DNA of 63,995 nucleotides, counting the filler, from Basidioascus undulatus (lineage: Eukaryota), in NCBI GenBank assembly GCA_000826855.1. It is 10 parts of 10 records of this genome, joined end to end, with 100 filler letters (N's around TTAATTAATTAA, not from the genome) between each part and the next. Parts side by side here need not be neighbours in the genome. Positions count along the whole stretch, not along the records: positions 60,335 to 63,995 come from JTLS01002355.1; 9 more parts are not named here. The stretch is one strand, 5' to 3'. Below the pieces are notes generated by a model. It made no database searches, had not been told where the DNA came from, and worked only from the letters and a program-made list of their open reading frames with translations. Made by a program: the position numbers and the translations under genes. Below, piece after piece: positions 62,283 to 63,995 of the stretch; positions within the stretch are counted from its first letter, which is position 1; each line of letters opens with the position of its first letter.

Positions 62283-63830
62283 ATGGACTCTTATCGACGC
62301 GACCAGCGGCGTCTCGACGCAGTCAAGCGCCAGCGCGTCCATGCCCCTTCTCGAATGCCTCCCGAGCGAGCGCATTCGCGAGGTTGGCAGCTTCTGCTCG
62401 CTTGAGTTCTTGAAGACCTTCTCGTCCACGAGCTCTCACATTCGGGACTTCCGCTGCTTCTTGTCTTCCAACATGGAGTGCGGGTAGAACCTGAGACGAT
62501 GGAGGCATTCGCTGAAAGCGTCCGCCCGAATCCACGCTTCGGCAATGCTACCAGGTGCGTGCTCATTCGATTGCCCGGGTCATACAACAGGGAGTAGTGC
62601 TCACTCAAGGTTCCATAATATCTTGAAGCTTGGCAGATTCAGCATTTTCAAGCCTCTATGCACTACTGGGTCGTGACCTCAAGCCGACCCTGGCAACGCT
62701 TGCGACGCTCAAGGAGGTGCTCATGCATCTCCCTCAACTGCAGGACATACGTTTTCCGGTAATGGAGGGCGGTGTAGGAGACAGCCCCGAATGCCACTCT
62801 CTTGGGACGGCTCTAGCGGCGATACCCACCCTTCGCCACATCGCCTCCCTCTCGATCATTTACTTCCACGCCACCCAGTCGCTCGAGAGTCTTCGCATGA
62901 CATTCTACCGTTTCGGCCGTCCGCCACCTGGCTCTCTGACACCAACCTCTTCGGACGGAAATCACATGCTCGGTCTCGCCTCGACAGCCCTTGAGTATCA
63001 TCCCGCGACGCGCGACGCTGTTGAATCTTTCGTGCTTTCGCTAAAACGCTCAACGTACACTGGAGGCCATAGGAGTTACGAAGAACTTCACTCGCTCACT
63101 GAGGTTTAATCAACTACAATATTATACTCCCAAGTACTAAAATGTCGAAGGCCTGAAGATGCTGACCGAAAGTGCCTTCAAGCAAGCACGGGCCTGACGA
63201 ACCTCAAAGTCGAACGCCTGTCTGTATCATTATCTTCCCGGTACAATTGAGAAATCACGAATATTCAGGAGAAATTGAAAGTGAGCGTCTTTCATGAGAG
63301 CAAGGAAGGACTTGCAGTCGAAACTGGCAGCCGGCAGCCAGCCCATCCTTCGCTGGGTGACGGTCATCGGCAGCTCCTACGGATTAACCATTCAGGACTT
63401 GAATACAGTCTTGTTGTGCGCAGCTCTCAAAAAATTGGGAACTGGAGAGCAATATTGGGCGCCGGTCCTGGATGGCTGCTCTACCACCATTGAAAGCATT
63501 CTCGGTTCCGCCCGCTGCGTAACCTTGTTATGGAAATCGCACAGTAATACTTCTAGCGAGGTGCTTCACAGAAGGCACACCTCACGGACGGTTCCAGCTT
63601 CATTGGGCGTACGCAGCAATGCTACCCTGGTCGCCCATGGCCAGTTTCCCGACGACAGCCTGTTTTCAAGCTATATTTCATCTCTACCCTTCTCTACATA
63701 GTACTCACGTTCTGCGGAAGGCTCTGAAACTGTGGCGGTCGAATGACAAGCATGCTCGCGATGGCATGTCTGAGCGAAAGATCGAAGCTGCTCCCGCCTG
63801 CTACCTCTGCCGCAATGTCCATGGGCGCGC
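62283..63830 (+). pseudogene. Decayed F-box/LRR-like gene; boundaries approximate
   Basis: LLECLPSERIREVGSFCS..LKTFSSTS (F-box-like) and LKEVLMHLPQLQDIRF lie in shifting frames with several stops. Confidence 0.45.
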
Positions 63831-63995
63831 ATGATTCCTCCCCGGGCAATCACAGCACTGTCAGTACTCGCACCCCTCAAAAGGACCACAGCAAACCCAT
63901 CTATCACTCCCCATCACCCAGCGCCTCCTCCTTTACCCCTTCTCCTTGCCCTTCCTCCCGATTTTTTTTGTTGCCGAATACTGACGTCGGATGGT

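Overview
Intron-rich, GC-rich fungal DNA. GTGCGT/GTACGT donors, CTGAC/CTGAT branch points and the protein sequences point to a basidiomycete, probably Pucciniomycotina (inference). The window is not contiguous. It is about 10 contigs (mostly about 4.3 kb, one 25 kb) joined by nine identical artificial 100-nt N44-TTAATTAATTAA-N44 linkers, so gene neighbourhood across linkers means nothing. Recognisable genes: WDR70, TSR3, FMT1, LSM8, VTI1, SPB4 (partial), RBG1/DRG1 (partial), class I myosin tail, PDI1, verprolin tail, an Scw1/Whi3-like RRM protein, the RPF1 N-terminus, a Pho4/NUC-1-like factor N-terminus, a secreted GH43, a MAPEG-like protein and three tRNA genes (Val-AAC, His-GTG with intron, Ala-AGC with intron). 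Lower-GC stretches between these genes hold many decaying F-box-like, kinase-like, TPR and reductase genes. I found no convincing new multi-gene system. Best leads: an intronless, bacterial-type GNAT acetyltransferase pseudogene (candidate horizontal transfer); a recurring intron design with a C/T-rich 5' half and G-rich 3' end; a stripped-down kinase-like gene; a CpG-depleted relic suggesting methylation or RIP-like mutation; and unusual tRNA features. All identifications come from recognising motifs by eye; no searches were run.
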